Position numbers and translations under genes: made by a program. DNA of 64,000 bases, taken from contig JAVYVS010000002.1 of the NCBI GenBank assembly GCA_038727515.1, positions 1 through 64,000 on the forward strand. Reading direction: 5' to 3'. Numbering within the stretch: the stretch's first letter is position 1; each line of letters opens with the position of its first letter. Below, piece after piece: positions 52,730-63,189 of the stretch. This DNA comes from Candidatus Methanomethylicia archaeon (lineage in GTDB: Archaea > Thermoproteota > Methanomethylicia > Culexarchaeales > Culexarchaeaceae). A model generated the notes under the pieces. That model worked only from the letters and a program-made list of their open reading frames with translations. It searched no databases and was not told the origin of the DNA.

Positions 52730-54214
52730 TCACTTCCTCTCTTCAACTCTTTTAATAATTAGTTTTTCAGCTCTTATCTTCACATTTTTAAGAATTAAGC
52801 TGAATCCACCCATGGTGAGAGGTAATTCTGGTAACGTCATTACTGTTTCTACTTGTTGAGTTGTTGGTGTTACAGCTTCAATAGGTTTTTCTTCAAGTTT
52901 TGGTGGAGCTTTTGATACTCTCTCCATTATTGGATGACCCTTTTCTATTAAGAACTTTTTAAGTTCTTCAACACTTTTTGCTTCTTTCTCTGTTGCGATT
53001 TTATCACGTAATTCTTCTGGTATAGCATCTTTAATCTTCTCCTTCAATTCTGATGACATCCACACTACTCTATTCCATCCTCCATCTGCCTGTATAAACT
53101 TCTTTGTCCTCATGTATAGTACTCCAAGACCATAGAATCCAGGTATCTGCTTCCCTCCACCTGCTGAATCAGCGATATCTCCAAATTTTAATCCCACTGG
53201 AGTTACACCTGCATATCCTCTTTGTACAATTCCTAATCCATCTACCTCTGGTACGTAGAATGTTACACATTCAAAGCATCCACATGAAGTATGTGGATTA
53301 TCAAATGCAGAGTATAATGTTACTCTTTGTATAGATCCTCCAGACAGTTTTCTAATAGCTTCATTAGCTCCACTCCACTCTCCCCTTATTGGATCTAGTA
53401 ATTTGCCCTTTTCCACAGGTCCTATTGGTCCTTTAGGATCTATTTTTGCAGCTATCATGGCATCTATCCACGTTATAGCTCCACAATTGGATGGTCTTTC
53501 AGGAGTTATTATGCATACATGTGTTGGTGCAAAAGATTGGCAAAGTCTACATGAGTAGAATAAATCTACTTCTTCATCTTTTAATCCAAAGGTTCTTTCA
53601 TCTCTTGCGTTATAAATCTTTATTGCCTGTTCAAATAGACTTTCAACTATTTGAGGTTCAGTTATAAATGTTACTTGTAGTTTCTCTATTATTGGAAATG
53701 CTGATTTAAATAATCTATAAAGTACTGTGCCTATATACTTAAATGAATTTAATCCTTTATTAAAGGATTTCTTACTAACCCTTAACCATATATCATATCT
53801 TTGATTTAAATGCATAAACCCCTGTGTATAATTGCAGAATTCATGAATTCTTCTTTCTATAACACCTTCAGCATCTACACTTAGGTTTCTACCAGCTACT
53901 TCAACTATTATGGCTAGAAGATAACTTCCACCTTCTTTAAGTTCATTGATATCTTGTCCTACAATTATTATTTTACCATCATTAATTTCCTCTGGGTTTT
54001 TAACCCTTACAATTTCAAATTTGTATTTAAGTTTTGGTCCTCCAAATTCAACATACATATCTTCTCTTCTAATTCTCTGTCCTTCGTATTGGGGTCCTAC
54101 GTCAACAGGTATATCCGTGAACATCCCCTTTTCAGGTGTAGGTGGCACACTATATATTTTCACAATTTCATCAGGTACTTCCAATGGATTTAGAATGTTT
54201 ATTATTATCCCCAT
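52730..54214 (-). CDS. cdhC: ACDS beta subunit (acetyl-CoA synthase, archaeal type)
   Basis: PVDVGPQYEG, A-cluster ligands CRLCQSFAPTHVC, CGAI, HTSCGCFEC. An alternative start lies at 54124 (MFTDIP). Confidence 0.97.
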   Translation of the reverse strand: MGIIINILNPLEVPDEIVKIYSVPPTPEKGMFTDIPVDVGPQYEGQRIRREDMYVEFGGPKLKYKFEIVRVKNPEEINDGKIIIVGQDINELKEGGSYLLAIIVEVAGRNLSVDAEGVIERRIHEFCNYTQGFMHLNQRYDIWLRVSKKSFNKGLNSFKYIGTVLYRLFKSAFPIIEKLQVTFITEPQIVESLFEQAIKIYNARDERTFGLKDEEVDLFYSCRLCQSFAPTHVCIITPERPSNCGAITWIDAMIAAKIDPKGPIGPVEKGKLLDPIRGEWSGANEAIRKLSGGSIQRVTLYSAFDNPHTSCGCFECVTFYVPEVDGLGIVQRGYAGVTPVGLKFGDIADSAGGGKQIPGFYGLGVLYMRTKKFIQADGGWNRVVWMSSELKEKIKDAIPEELRDKIATEKEAKSVEELKKFLIEKGHPIMERVSKAPPKLEEKPIEAVTPTTQQVETVMTLPELPLTMGGFSLILKNVKIRAEKLIIKRVEERK

Positions 54215-54260
54215 AATCTCACATCCAATAATACCTATTCTTTAACATATTAAACCTTGT

Positions 54261-54797
54261 TTATGAAGTTTTTACTTTAAGTTCCTCCTCCAATTGACAT
54301 AAATTTCTATACCATATGGTAGGTGGTAGGGATGGCATGGTCCATGTTGAATTTGGTTGTGAATATGGATCTATGGATATCGTATTTAGATTTCTATACG
54401 CATTATGTTTTAAATGGTTTAGGAGTAACCATTCATAGTAGTAGTGAAATCCTATAAATATCGCTAAGTCATATTTAGGTTTATCTGATGATAATTTTTG
54501 AATTATTTCCATGGGGAAAATTATTTCATAATTTTTAAATCCCTTTTCATCAAGTCTCCGTACAAGATTTCCATCAGATACTATTACATCCGCATTTAGA
54601 ATTAAGCTTAAATTTATGATTCTGTTAAGTATGTCTTCACCCACAAGTTTCTCCAATCTACTTAATTCTGATCCGATAATTAACACTACCTTTTTATGTT
54701 GCTTTATTATATGTGCTAATTGTTTCATATTTGCTATTACTGTTGCTTTTATAGGTCCAGGAGGTATATCACCTTTAAGCCAATATTCAACGCTCAT
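54261..54797 (-). CDS. cdhB: ACDS epsilon subunit
   Basis: YDLAIFIG..YY...L..LK, TISIDPY.QPN..W; lies between cdhA and cdhC. Confidence 0.88.
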   Translation of the reverse strand: MSVEYWLKGDIPPGPIKATVIANMKQLAHIIKQHKKVVLIIGSELSRLEKLVGEDILNRIINLSLILNADVIVSDGNLVRRLDEKGFKNYEIIFPMEIIQKLSSDKPKYDLAIFIGFHYYYEWLLLNHLKHNAYRNLNTISIDPYSQPNSTWTMPSLPPTIWYRNLCQLEEELKVKTS

Positions 54798-57165
54798 TGA
54801 CTACTCCCCCCATCTTTCTAACAACTTCTTCAAGTAGTGTTGGATTTGATATTACTGGTTTTTCAACCCATCCAGTTTTCCTCAAGATTTTCATAATTTC
54901 ATCTTTGTATGTGATTGGTATGTCTGCTTCAGTTCTTATAAATAGTGGTATATCTTGTGGAAGTTTATCATCACCATAAAACTTCTTGTATAATGATATG
55001 TAGTTTGTTAGTTTTATGGCTCTTCCTTGAGGTGTGTCTGCAGGTCTTATGCAAAGTTTAGCTGCCATGATCATAGCTTCTCCAATATTTTCTGCTGCAT
55101 AAAATAGGTGTTCTGGTGCTGGCCCCCCGTAAACTTTTTCTCCTGTTCTGGCATCATAAACATGCCAATTACTTTCATCATCTCTATTTCCAAGGAGCAT
55201 CCTTCTATATTTAATTCCATGTGGGCCTACTATTATTGGTATTCCTAAACGCCAAAATCCTGATGCTATGGCGGCAGCTTTTTGACTCATAGCCCCCCAA
55301 GCTATACCTACAGCACCAACTCTATTCAATATGTAATCTGCTATTTCAGCATAATTTGCTCTTAATGGTAGTCTAGCAAATATATTTGCAACTTTTATTG
55401 CAGCACCTGCTATATGAGCATTGGAAACGCAAGATCCCACATTCACAATTCCTCCAGCATTAAATTCTCCACTGAATTCTTCATATGGTGTTTTACCTTC
55501 TTCACTCTTATACATGGCGATCGCCATAGCTGAACATCCAGAAGCTACAACTATGTATCTTCTTGAAGCAAATTCAACGGCCATTTCTGCAACTTCATGA
55601 GCTCCATCGGGCCAATTAGCACATCCGGCAAAAGCTACTACTCCAGGTATTGTTCCTAAAACTATATCCCTACCTACAGCTCTAATCTCCGTATCTTGTA
55701 TGGGTCCTCTACCAACTCTAACTTTGAAGACCTCGCTTCTCATAATATTTTCTGATGCCTTTAAGATCATATTTAGCGTTGGTATATTTCTTGGACAAGC
55801 TTTTTCACATCTTCCACAGGCAAAGCATCTGTGGTATAATGATGCTAATTCTGTTAAATCATTTTTTGCAGCTTTAGCTATAGCTTCTGATATTGGGAGA
55901 TTTTGAGGGCAGCTTCTTTCACACTCTCTACACTTTACACATTTCTGAGCATATTCTACTAGTTCTTCTTTTGAAATTAGGTTTTTAATTTTCCTCCTCC
56001 TTACGGATGCTATTTTCATTGAAGTTTTAACAGCAACTTCAGCCATTACTTCTTCATTTAAGATTAATGCTCCAGGTATTTTCCCATTAATGAGTTCTTC
56101 TATTATCTTGTTTGGTTCATCGTTAGTTTTGTCTGGAAGTCCACGGCAAGCTTTATTTGAAGCTGCTATAAGCACAGCACCTATCTTTTCTGCTTCTTCT
56201 AATATATCTGTACGTATACATTGTTCATCTATCACTATAACATCTGGTATACCTGTTCTAATGAATCTTAACTGCCATGATATGGGTCCAATGATCTTCG
56301 CTCTCCTTTTTTCATATCTGGTTACATCATGTGCAGTACAACATAATCCACATACTTCCACTTCATCTCTAATCCCATTCCTCTCTAAATAGTCTATGAT
56401 TGATGATGCTGGTATAACATTATGTCCTATGACCAATATTGTTGGTTTTGTTGAATCTACGACTCCTATTCCCAAGTCCACTAAGGGAGATTCTGGATCT
56501 GCTTTTGGGAAATCTAACGCTGAAATCTGAATTACATCAGCTACTTCCATAGCAACGTGATCAAGCATTCCTAAATGAAGTACTTTTGATTCATAATCTA
56601 TCCAGCTACCTTCTTGTCCAGTATGTACACTTGCCAATGTTTGAACTATTTGTCTTTCAGTATAATCTAAAACTATCTCTAGATCTCTTAATGTATTTGG
56701 TTTAATTCCAGTTACAAGTCTTGTTATGGGCATTTCAACATGTACCTGTTCTCCAAGGTTTATTGGCATATCCCTTCCATATCTTTCAATGAGTTTCTCT
56801 AAAAGTTCTCTAGCATGACTTGTATGTGTGGCTGCTCCTATCGAACACACAAGAGTTACTAATCTAGATTGTTGTTCTGAAAGATCTATCCCACATGCAC
56901 CTCTTTTATCTCTAGATAAATCACATCTACCATATGTACATAAACAACAGAGATCGCAGTATGGTAAGTATAATGGTTTATACCTATTTAAGAGTATATG
57001 ATCCCATTTTCTTAAAGTGGTTATAGATGGAAATGGCGTTGGGCCTTGTGGTTCTGCCCATTCCTCTATCACATATCCTATACTAATGTCTAAACCTTTA
57101 ATTTCGCCAATAGCACTCTTTAACTCATCTAATTTAATTCTAAAATTTTTATATGGTATAGCCAT
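54787..57165 (-). CDS. cdhA: ACDS alpha subunit (Ni-CO dehydrogenase, archaeal type)
   Basis: GPTPFP, CDLCCLCTYGRC, GHN, GLCCT, DEQC, two extra CxxCxxCxxxCP motifs, GSCVSN. Confidence 0.97.
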   Translation of the reverse strand: MAIPYKNFRIKLDELKSAIGEIKGLDISIGYVIEEWAEPQGPTPFPSITTLRKWDHILLNRYKPLYLPYCDLCCLCTYGRCDLSRDKRGACGIDLSEQQSRLVTLVCSIGAATHTSHARELLEKLIERYGRDMPINLGEQVHVEMPITRLVTGIKPNTLRDLEIVLDYTERQIVQTLASVHTGQEGSWIDYESKVLHLGMLDHVAMEVADVIQISALDFPKADPESPLVDLGIGVVDSTKPTILVIGHNVIPASSIIDYLERNGIRDEVEVCGLCCTAHDVTRYEKRRAKIIGPISWQLRFIRTGIPDVIVIDEQCIRTDILEEAEKIGAVLIAASNKACRGLPDKTNDEPNKIIEELINGKIPGALILNEEVMAEVAVKTSMKIASVRRRKIKNLISKEELVEYAQKCVKCRECERSCPQNLPISEAIAKAAKNDLTELASLYHRCFACGRCEKACPRNIPTLNMILKASENIMRSEVFKVRVGRGPIQDTEIRAVGRDIVLGTIPGVVAFAGCANWPDGAHEVAEMAVEFASRRYIVVASGCSAMAIAMYKSEEGKTPYEEFSGEFNAGGIVNVGSCVSNAHIAGAAIKVANIFARLPLRANYAEIADYILNRVGAVGIAWGAMSQKAAAIASGFWRLGIPIIVGPHGIKYRRMLLGNRDDESNWHVYDARTGEKVYGGPAPEHLFYAAENIGEAMIMAAKLCIRPADTPQGRAIKLTNYISLYKKFYGDDKLPQDIPLFIRTEADIPITYKDEIMKILRKTGWVEKPVISNPTLLEEVVRKMGGVVNER

Positions 57166-57249
57166 CCATTATACACACTCCAAATTTGTTATTACATAAG
57201 TTTGTGAATGTTAAAAACCTTATGTTTAGTGATTTTCTTTTATGATATG

Positions 57250-58020
57250 TTATATGTACTTGTGTCCAAAAATATTTTCTTTTAATTCAATTATTGCTTT
57301 TATAACTTTTGAATTTGGTGCGTAATCTAATAAGGATAAACCCAGTTTATCTGCTTCTACAACATTCTCATCATATGGTATTATGCTAAATGGAGATCCT
57401 AGGAGGTTTTCAACTAATTTTACATCATCTTTACATCTAACTTTATTGACTACTATATTGAAGTTTTTCAATTGAAGGTCTTCAGCTAATTTCTTCATTT
57501 GTATAGCTACATCAATTGCCTTTACATTTGGTTCCACTATGCATAGAACGAGGTTTACGCCTCTTATAGTTCCTCTACTCATATGTTCTAATCCTGCAAC
57601 CATATCAAATATCACTACATCCTTCCTTCCCAAGACTAAATGGGAGAATAATGCTCTTAGAAATGAGTATTCTGGGCATAGACATCTGGTTCCTCCACTC
57701 TTAATTTCTCCAAATTTAATTAAAGTAACGTTATCCGGACCTTTAACGCCAAATTTTTCTATGATATCATCAACCTTTGGGTTCATTATGTATAGTCCAT
57801 CTGGTAAAAGTGTTCTAGATTTAATGAATTCTTCTTCATTAAATAGTACTGGAGCTTCTAAGGCGATATTCTTTGGTATTCCTAAAGATGCAGCTAAGTT
57901 TAAGCTTGGATCTGCATCAACAGCTATAACCTTATATCCATCTCTTCCAATAATTCTAGCTAAACATGCAGCTATAGTTGTTTTTCCAACACCGCCTTTA
58001 CCTATTATCGCTATTTTCAT
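57250..58020 (-). CDS. cooC: CooC-type nickel-insertion ATPase (second copy)
   Basis: GKGGVGKT, DADP, CLCP, DMVAGLEH. Confidence 0.92.
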   Translation of the reverse strand: MKIAIIGKGGVGKTTIAACLARIIGRDGYKVIAVDADPSLNLAASLGIPKNIALEAPVLFNEEEFIKSRTLLPDGLYIMNPKVDDIIEKFGVKGPDNVTLIKFGEIKSGGTRCLCPEYSFLRALFSHLVLGRKDVVIFDMVAGLEHMSRGTIRGVNLVLCIVEPNVKAIDVAIQMKKLAEDLQLKNFNIVVNKVRCKDDVKLVENLLGSPFSIIPYDENVVEADKLGLSLLDYAPNSKVIKAIIELKENIFGHKYI

Positions 58021-58046
58021 TTAACAACCCTTTAACTGAGATTAAT

Positions 58047-58238
58047 TTAAATTCTTCTTAAAACAACCTTATGTGATATAAAATCGATATACTCTATAGT
58101 TACATTCTCCAATTCATATACTTTCCCAGTTATATCTACAAATATGAATTTTCCTTCCTTTGGTACTAGTGAGACTACATCTTTTACTAAGAGTTCTTCT
58201 TTGCCATCACTCTTTACATAGATATCTGATTCACACAT
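58047..58238 (-). CDS. cooT: CooT nickel-binding chaperone
   Basis: MCE N-terminus (Cys2), DI.G, late His (ISHK), 63 aa, next to cooC. Confidence 0.85.
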   Translation of the reverse strand: MCESDIYVKSDGKEELLVKDVVSLVPKEGKFIFVDITGKVYELENVTIEYIDFISHKVVLRRI

Positions 58239-58402
58239 ATATGATATACCTCGTATTCGGTTAGTTTGTAGTATTGTGTCTTTTCTTATAAATATTTCTA
58301 ATTTAATTTAGATGTTTAGATTATGGTCTCCATTTAGATATATTAGAAAAGTTTATTTTCCAAAGATAAAAAGTAGATAATACATGTTATGGAGGTAAAT
58401 TT

Positions 58403-59497
58403 ATGGGTGAACGTTCTCTTTATGTTTCAATTATTGTTATTCTTGTAATTTGTTTTCTTGTAATTGGTTTCATCGGTTTCTTTTGGTATCCTACAGGTTT
58501 TAAACTTGTGGTTTCAAAGACTATTACTGTCACTGATAGTTTAAATAGAATTGTAAGTTTTGAAGCTTTACCTACAAGAATTGTTGTTGCATCTGATACT
58601 GGTGGTGTTACCATTATTGAAACCTTGTATATGTTTAAAAGTGCTGTTAATAAGGTTGTAGCCATGGATTCCTGGGGGATAGCAAATAACCCATTGATAA
58701 ATATTCTTGACCCAAGTTTGAATAGTAAAGTTTTATTTCAAAAAACCCCTACTGTTGAAGAAATTTTGAAGCTTCAACCAGATTTAGTGATTACCAGAAG
58801 TTATATGGCTTCTTCCCTTGGCAAACAATTGGAGTCTGCTGGCGTTAAATTGATCTATTTGGATCTAGAAACCCCTGAAGCCTTCTTTAAAAGTGTACAT
58901 TTGTTAGGTGAAATTTTAGGTGAAGTTGATAGAGCTGTGGAAATTGTTAATTATATGAAGAGTATTGTGTATGGTGTTTCATCTAAAGTTAGCGGCATTC
59001 AAAATAAGCTTAGGGTATTATTTGTTTGGTATACTGTAAAGGCTCTCCGTGTACCTGCTTCTGGTTTTATTCAAAATTTATTGATAGAATTAGCAGGAGG
59101 TATATCTCTCTCTAGTAATGTTAGTGGCATTGGTTTTCCAAAGGTTAGTCCAGAGCAAATTGTTGCTTGGAATCCAGATATAATATTTGTAACTACATAT
59201 TCCGATAATCCTACTCCAAGTTCTGCTGTTAAATCAATACTGGGTGATTACAAGTTGAGTATGGTTAAAGCTGTTAGAGAGGGTAAAGTTTATTCAGTTC
59301 CTGGATTGGTTATTACATGGGATGCTCCAGGCACTAGATGGCCTTTATTTATTGCATATATGGCTTCCATCATGTATCCCGATGTTTTTGGTGATGTTAA
59401 TGCTGTTAAGAATCTTGCCGTTAGTTATTACATGAAGATTTATGGGATCTCCCGTGTAATTGCTGAAAGTTTAATTGAATCTGAATTTAGATTTTAG
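58403..59497 (+). CDS. ABC substrate-binding protein, BtuF/siderophore class
   Basis: TVTDSLNR, EEILKLQPDLVI, VSPEQIVAWNPDII, AVREGKVY. Confidence 0.88.
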   Translation: MGERSLYVSIIVILVICFLVIGFIGFFWYPTGFKLVVSKTITVTDSLNRIVSFEALPTRIVVASDTGGVTIIETLYMFKSAVNKVVAMDSWGIANNPLINILDPSLNSKVLFQKTPTVEEILKLQPDLVITRSYMASSLGKQLESAGVKLIYLDLETPEAFFKSVHLLGEILGEVDRAVEIVNYMKSIVYGVSSKVSGIQNKLRVLFVWYTVKALRVPASGFIQNLLIELAGGISLSSNVSGIGFPKVSPEQIVAWNPDIIFVTTYSDNPTPSSAVKSILGDYKLSMVKAVREGKVYSVPGLVITWDAPGTRWPLFIAYMASIMYPDVFGDVNAVKNLAVSYYMKIYGISRVIAESLIESEFRF

Positions 59498-59513
59498 TGA
59501 GGGATTTTAAATC

Positions 59514-60488
59514 TTGAATAGATTTATTGCCTTCACATTACTACTTGTAACAGCTAATATTCTTTTAATATTATTATCACTTTTATTTGTTGGCAGATTG
59601 CCAATAGGTTTATCTGATTGGATTACTTGGTCTTGGAAAGCTAGGTTAGTTTTTGAAGTTAGATTGCCAAGGATATTATATGCTTCTTTAGCTGGTGCTG
59701 CACTTGGGGTTACTGGCTCTGTTATGCAATCTATATTTAGGAATCCTTTAGCTTCTCCTGATATACTTGGTGTCTCTAGTGGTTCAGCTTTTGGGGCTTC
59801 TTTAGGAATTCTCTTCTATACTTCTGCTATCTATGTCGAAGGACTATCCTTCATTATGGGTTTAATATCTTTAATGGCAACAATATCTTTAAGTAGAATT
59901 TTCAGGTATGGTGATGAAGTTTTAAGACTTATTTTATCTGGAATTGCTATTTCAGCATTATTTAATGCTGGTGTTGGTTATGTTAAGTATGTGGCTGATC
60001 CATATAGTAAGCTTCCTCAAATAACTTTTTGGCTTCTAGGATCCTTTGGAGGTGTTGGTTTTAGTGAATTCTACCTTTTTTCACCCCTCATTCTTTCATC
60101 CATTTTAATTCTCTCACTGCTTTCTTGGAGGATAAATGTTTTATCTTTTGGAGATGAGATTGCTAGAAGTCTAGGTATTAACCCGAGGTTTAATAGATTT
60201 CTATCCATAATATTCTCCGTTCTATCTGTATCTTCAATTGTATGTGTCACTGGAGTTATCGGTTGGCTGGGGCTCATAACCCCTCATCTTGTTAGACCTA
60301 TTGTTGGAGCTGATAATAGGAAGGTCATTATTAGTTCAGCTTTACTCGGTTCCATTCTCTCCATTATTAGTGATGATATTTCTAGAAGTTTAATTGAAGC
60401 TGAAATTCCATTTAACATAATTGTTTCCTTTATCAGCATCCCTCTATTCATTTTGATATTAAGAGGTGGTGTTAAGAGTGAAAGGTAA
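59514..60488 (+). CDS. ABC permease, FecCD/BtuC family
   Basis: RLPRI, Q.IFRNPLASPDILGVSSG, FWLLGS, G..IGW.GL..PH. Confidence 0.92.
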   Translation: MNRFIAFTLLLVTANILLILLSLLFVGRLPIGLSDWITWSWKARLVFEVRLPRILYASLAGAALGVTGSVMQSIFRNPLASPDILGVSSGSAFGASLGILFYTSAIYVEGLSFIMGLISLMATISLSRIFRYGDEVLRLILSGIAISALFNAGVGYVKYVADPYSKLPQITFWLLGSFGGVGFSEFYLFSPLILSSILILSLLSWRINVLSFGDEIARSLGINPRFNRFLSIIFSVLSVSSIVCVTGVIGWLGLITPHLVRPIVGADNRKVIISSALLGSILSIISDDISRSLIEAEIPFNIIVSFISIPLFILILRGGVKSER

Positions 60489-61269
60489 ACATGTAATTGA
60501 AGTTAGAAATTTGAATTTCTCCTATTTTAAGGATAGATTGGTTTTATGTGATGTAAACTTCTTTGTTGATGAAGGTGAAGTTGTAACATTTCTAGGTCCC
60601 AATGCTTCTGGTAAAACTACATTGCTTAAGATAATTGCGAAAGCTATAACTGGGTTTTCTGGTTATATTGAAGTTTTAGGTAGAAGTTTGAAGGATTTTA
60701 ATTATAGAGATTACTCTAAGATTGTTGCATACGTCCCACAGGAGGAGATCGTTGCATTACCATTTAATGTTTACGAATATTTACTTTTGGGTAGAACACC
60801 ACATATAAACTTAATATTTGTAGATCGTAAAGATTATTTAATTGTTGAAAATGTTATTAATTTGCTTGGCATTGAAAATCTGAGGAATAGACTTGTTCCT
60901 GAATTATCTGGTGGAGAGAAGCAATTGATAAAGATAGGTAGAGCTCTAGCTCAAGAACCTCGTATAATGCTTTTAGATGAACCTACATCTCATTTAGATT
61001 TAGGTAATAAAGTTAGAATTTTGAAGTTGATGCGTGAAATGGCAGATAAAAATCTAGCTATAATATTTACAACGCATGATCCAAATGAGGCATTAATGAT
61101 TAGTGATAGAGTTTATTTGCTTAGTGAAGGAAGGATTGTAGCTAATGGAATTCCAGATGAAGTTTTATCGGAGAAATTAATTAAGGAGGTTTATAAGGTT
61201 GATGTTACTTATATGAAGAGTAGTAATGCAACTGCAATATTACCAGTAATAAAGGGGTTTCAATCATGA
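60478..61269 (+). CDS. ABC ATPase, FepC/BtuD family
   Basis: GPNASGKTT, LSGGE, LLDEPTSHLD, THDPN. Confidence 0.93.
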   Translation: MKGKHVIEVRNLNFSYFKDRLVLCDVNFFVDEGEVVTFLGPNASGKTTLLKIIAKAITGFSGYIEVLGRSLKDFNYRDYSKIVAYVPQEEIVALPFNVYEYLLLGRTPHINLIFVDRKDYLIVENVINLLGIENLRNRLVPELSGGEKQLIKIGRALAQEPRIMLLDEPTSHLDLGNKVRILKLMREMADKNLAIIFTTHDPNEALMISDRVYLLSEGRIVANGIPDEVLSEKLIKEVYKVDVTYMKSSNATAILPVIKGFQS

Positions 61270-62160
61270 TTCCATAATCCTCACTATAACTGCTGGATGA
61301 TGCTTTACTTTATTCATATCCATCCATTTTACTTCATCAAAATTTTCTTTACCCAATTTCAATAGCATATCTACAATATTTCTCCCAAATCCATACCCCA
61401 TAATTTTATCAGCAAATTTCGTTATCCTAAGAATTTCTACTAACTTCATTGGAATACCGCTGTATGCTACTGGTGTTGGGTAGTCTATGAATTTATGACT
61501 AAATACTTTTCCAATTATATATCCTAGACCCCCTAAATCTATTATACCATGTATACTTGAAGGTCTTGTGGATATAGCTATATAATCTAGATTTTTAGGT
61601 TTAAATGTTCTATCAGTATCCACTATTAAAACATTCACTTTCCTATTTAACTTCTTAAATATTTCAATTCTAATCTTTCTTGCTTCTCTCTCTGCATCTT
61701 TTAATGGTAATGATACATATCTATATGGTAGATTTGTAGCATCAATTCCATATTCTGAATATGGTTTTAGAAAATGTATTAGTCCCCCATACCTTAATCC
61801 AAGTTTTTTATGTGTAGCCACTAGATCTAATGGTGTGTTCTCTATTACACTCATAGCCCCATTTGATGGAAATGTGAATTTTAGTAATTTTCCCCAAACA
61901 AACTTATTAACTATTTTTGATGCTATTTTTGTTATTGGATCGATTCTTTTTATTATTCCTTCATCATATATATTCCCCTTTGATACACATAGTGCCTTCT
62001 CTGAAATTGCTATTATATCCCCATCCTTAATATGCCTACCATATGCTTCTACTATCTCATTAATGATATTAGTTCCTGGAAACCAATAATTGAAATCCCT
62101 CTTTATCCCTCTAAGACTCCTTTTACATTTATCCATGAGCTCCAATACACCGTCTATCAT
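61264..62160 (-). CDS. F420:gamma-glutamyl ligase (CofE)-related protein
   Basis: GDIIAISEKA, GIDATN, VLIVDTD; a divergent CofE-fold member. Confidence 0.7.
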   Translation of the reverse strand: MIDGVLELMDKCKRSLRGIKRDFNYWFPGTNIINEIVEAYGRHIKDGDIIAISEKALCVSKGNIYDEGIIKRIDPITKIASKIVNKFVWGKLLKFTFPSNGAMSVIENTPLDLVATHKKLGLRYGGLIHFLKPYSEYGIDATNLPYRYVSLPLKDAEREARKIRIEIFKKLNRKVNVLIVDTDRTFKPKNLDYIAISTRPSSIHGIIDLGGLGYIIGKVFSHKFIDYPTPVAYSGIPMKLVEILRITKFADKIMGYGFGRNIVDMLLKLGKENFDEVKWMDMNKVKHHPAVIVRIMES

Positions 62161-62243
62161 TATTATAAAAAGGTTTATCTAATTTTTCAAGTTTCTAGTT
62201 AGTTTTATATAAAGTTCGAATTTAATATATTTGGGTGTTATTT

Positions 62244-63176
62244 TTGAGTTTAAAAATTAATGATGTTATTATTGAGGATACTTTTGCAGAAGCTTTTCCA
62301 ATGTATGCTACACGTATAATTGTAACTGCTGTAAATTTTCATTGGGCTCTTACCGCAGCTCGTGCAGCCACTGGATTTGGTAGCTCTGTAATTGCATGTC
62401 CAGGAGAAACTGGTATTGAAGCTTTAATATCCCCTAAAATAACCCCTGATCTCCGTCCAGGTGTTGCCATACAAATTTATCATAGCGATCCTGCAACTCT
62501 AAAACTTGTAACTCTTACAAGGGTTGGTCAATGTATTCTTACAGCATCTACTGCATCTGCATTTAATGGTCTTCCTAAAGTTAAGAGGAAAATGAGTGTG
62601 GGTAAAGCTCTTGCAAAATTTGGTGATGGTTTTGAGAAGGAAGATGTCATTGATGGAAGAAAGGTTTGGAGGATACCGATTATGGAAGGTGAATTCATAG
62701 TTGAAGATTCCTTTGGAGTTGTTAAGGGTGTTGCTGGTGGTAATCTATTGATATTAGCTAAAAATCGTGAGGCAGGTTTAAATGCAGCTGAGAAAGCTGT
62801 AAAGGCAATACGTAGCTATGTTAAGTATGTTATTACTCCATTTCCAGGGGGTATAGTTCGCTCGGGTTCTAAGGTTGGGTCTTTAAAATATCCTAAACTT
62901 AGAGCGACAACAAATCATCCATACTGCCCAACCTTAAAGGGTTTAATCAAAGATTCTAAGCTTCCACCGGATGTGAATTCCGTCTATGAAATTGTTATTA
63001 ATGGTCTTAGAAAGGATGATGTTTTAAAGGCTATGGGTGTTGCAATTAAAGCTGCTTCAAGTGTTCCTGGTGTTGTAAAAATTGATGCTGGAAATTATGG
63101 TGGTAGACTTGGCCCATACCATCTATATTTGAAGGAGGCTTTAGAAACTGTTAAAAGTATTGAAGTAGAGATTTGA
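62244..63176 (+). CDS. ftr: Formylmethanofuran:H4MPT formyltransferase
   Basis: IEDTFAEAF, TGFGSSVI.C..E.G, RVGQCILT, FGDG, GVAGGN, PFPGG..RSGSK, AGNYGG.LG. Confidence 0.96.
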   Translation: MSLKINDVIIEDTFAEAFPMYATRIIVTAVNFHWALTAARAATGFGSSVIACPGETGIEALISPKITPDLRPGVAIQIYHSDPATLKLVTLTRVGQCILTASTASAFNGLPKVKRKMSVGKALAKFGDGFEKEDVIDGRKVWRIPIMEGEFIVEDSFGVVKGVAGGNLLILAKNREAGLNAAEKAVKAIRSYVKYVITPFPGGIVRSGSKVGSLKYPKLRATTNHPYCPTLKGLIKDSKLPPDVNSVYEIVINGLRKDDVLKAMGVAIKAASSVPGVVKIDAGNYGGRLGPYHLYLKEALETVKSIEVEI

Positions 63177-63189
63177 TGGAGGTGGGATT

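Noticed and set aside
58239-58402. NikR-type operator or cobalamin riboswitch between cooT and the ABC importer
   Set aside because: Plausible by context, but I could not find a convincing GTATGA-N16-TCATAC-like palindrome or structured GC-rich element.
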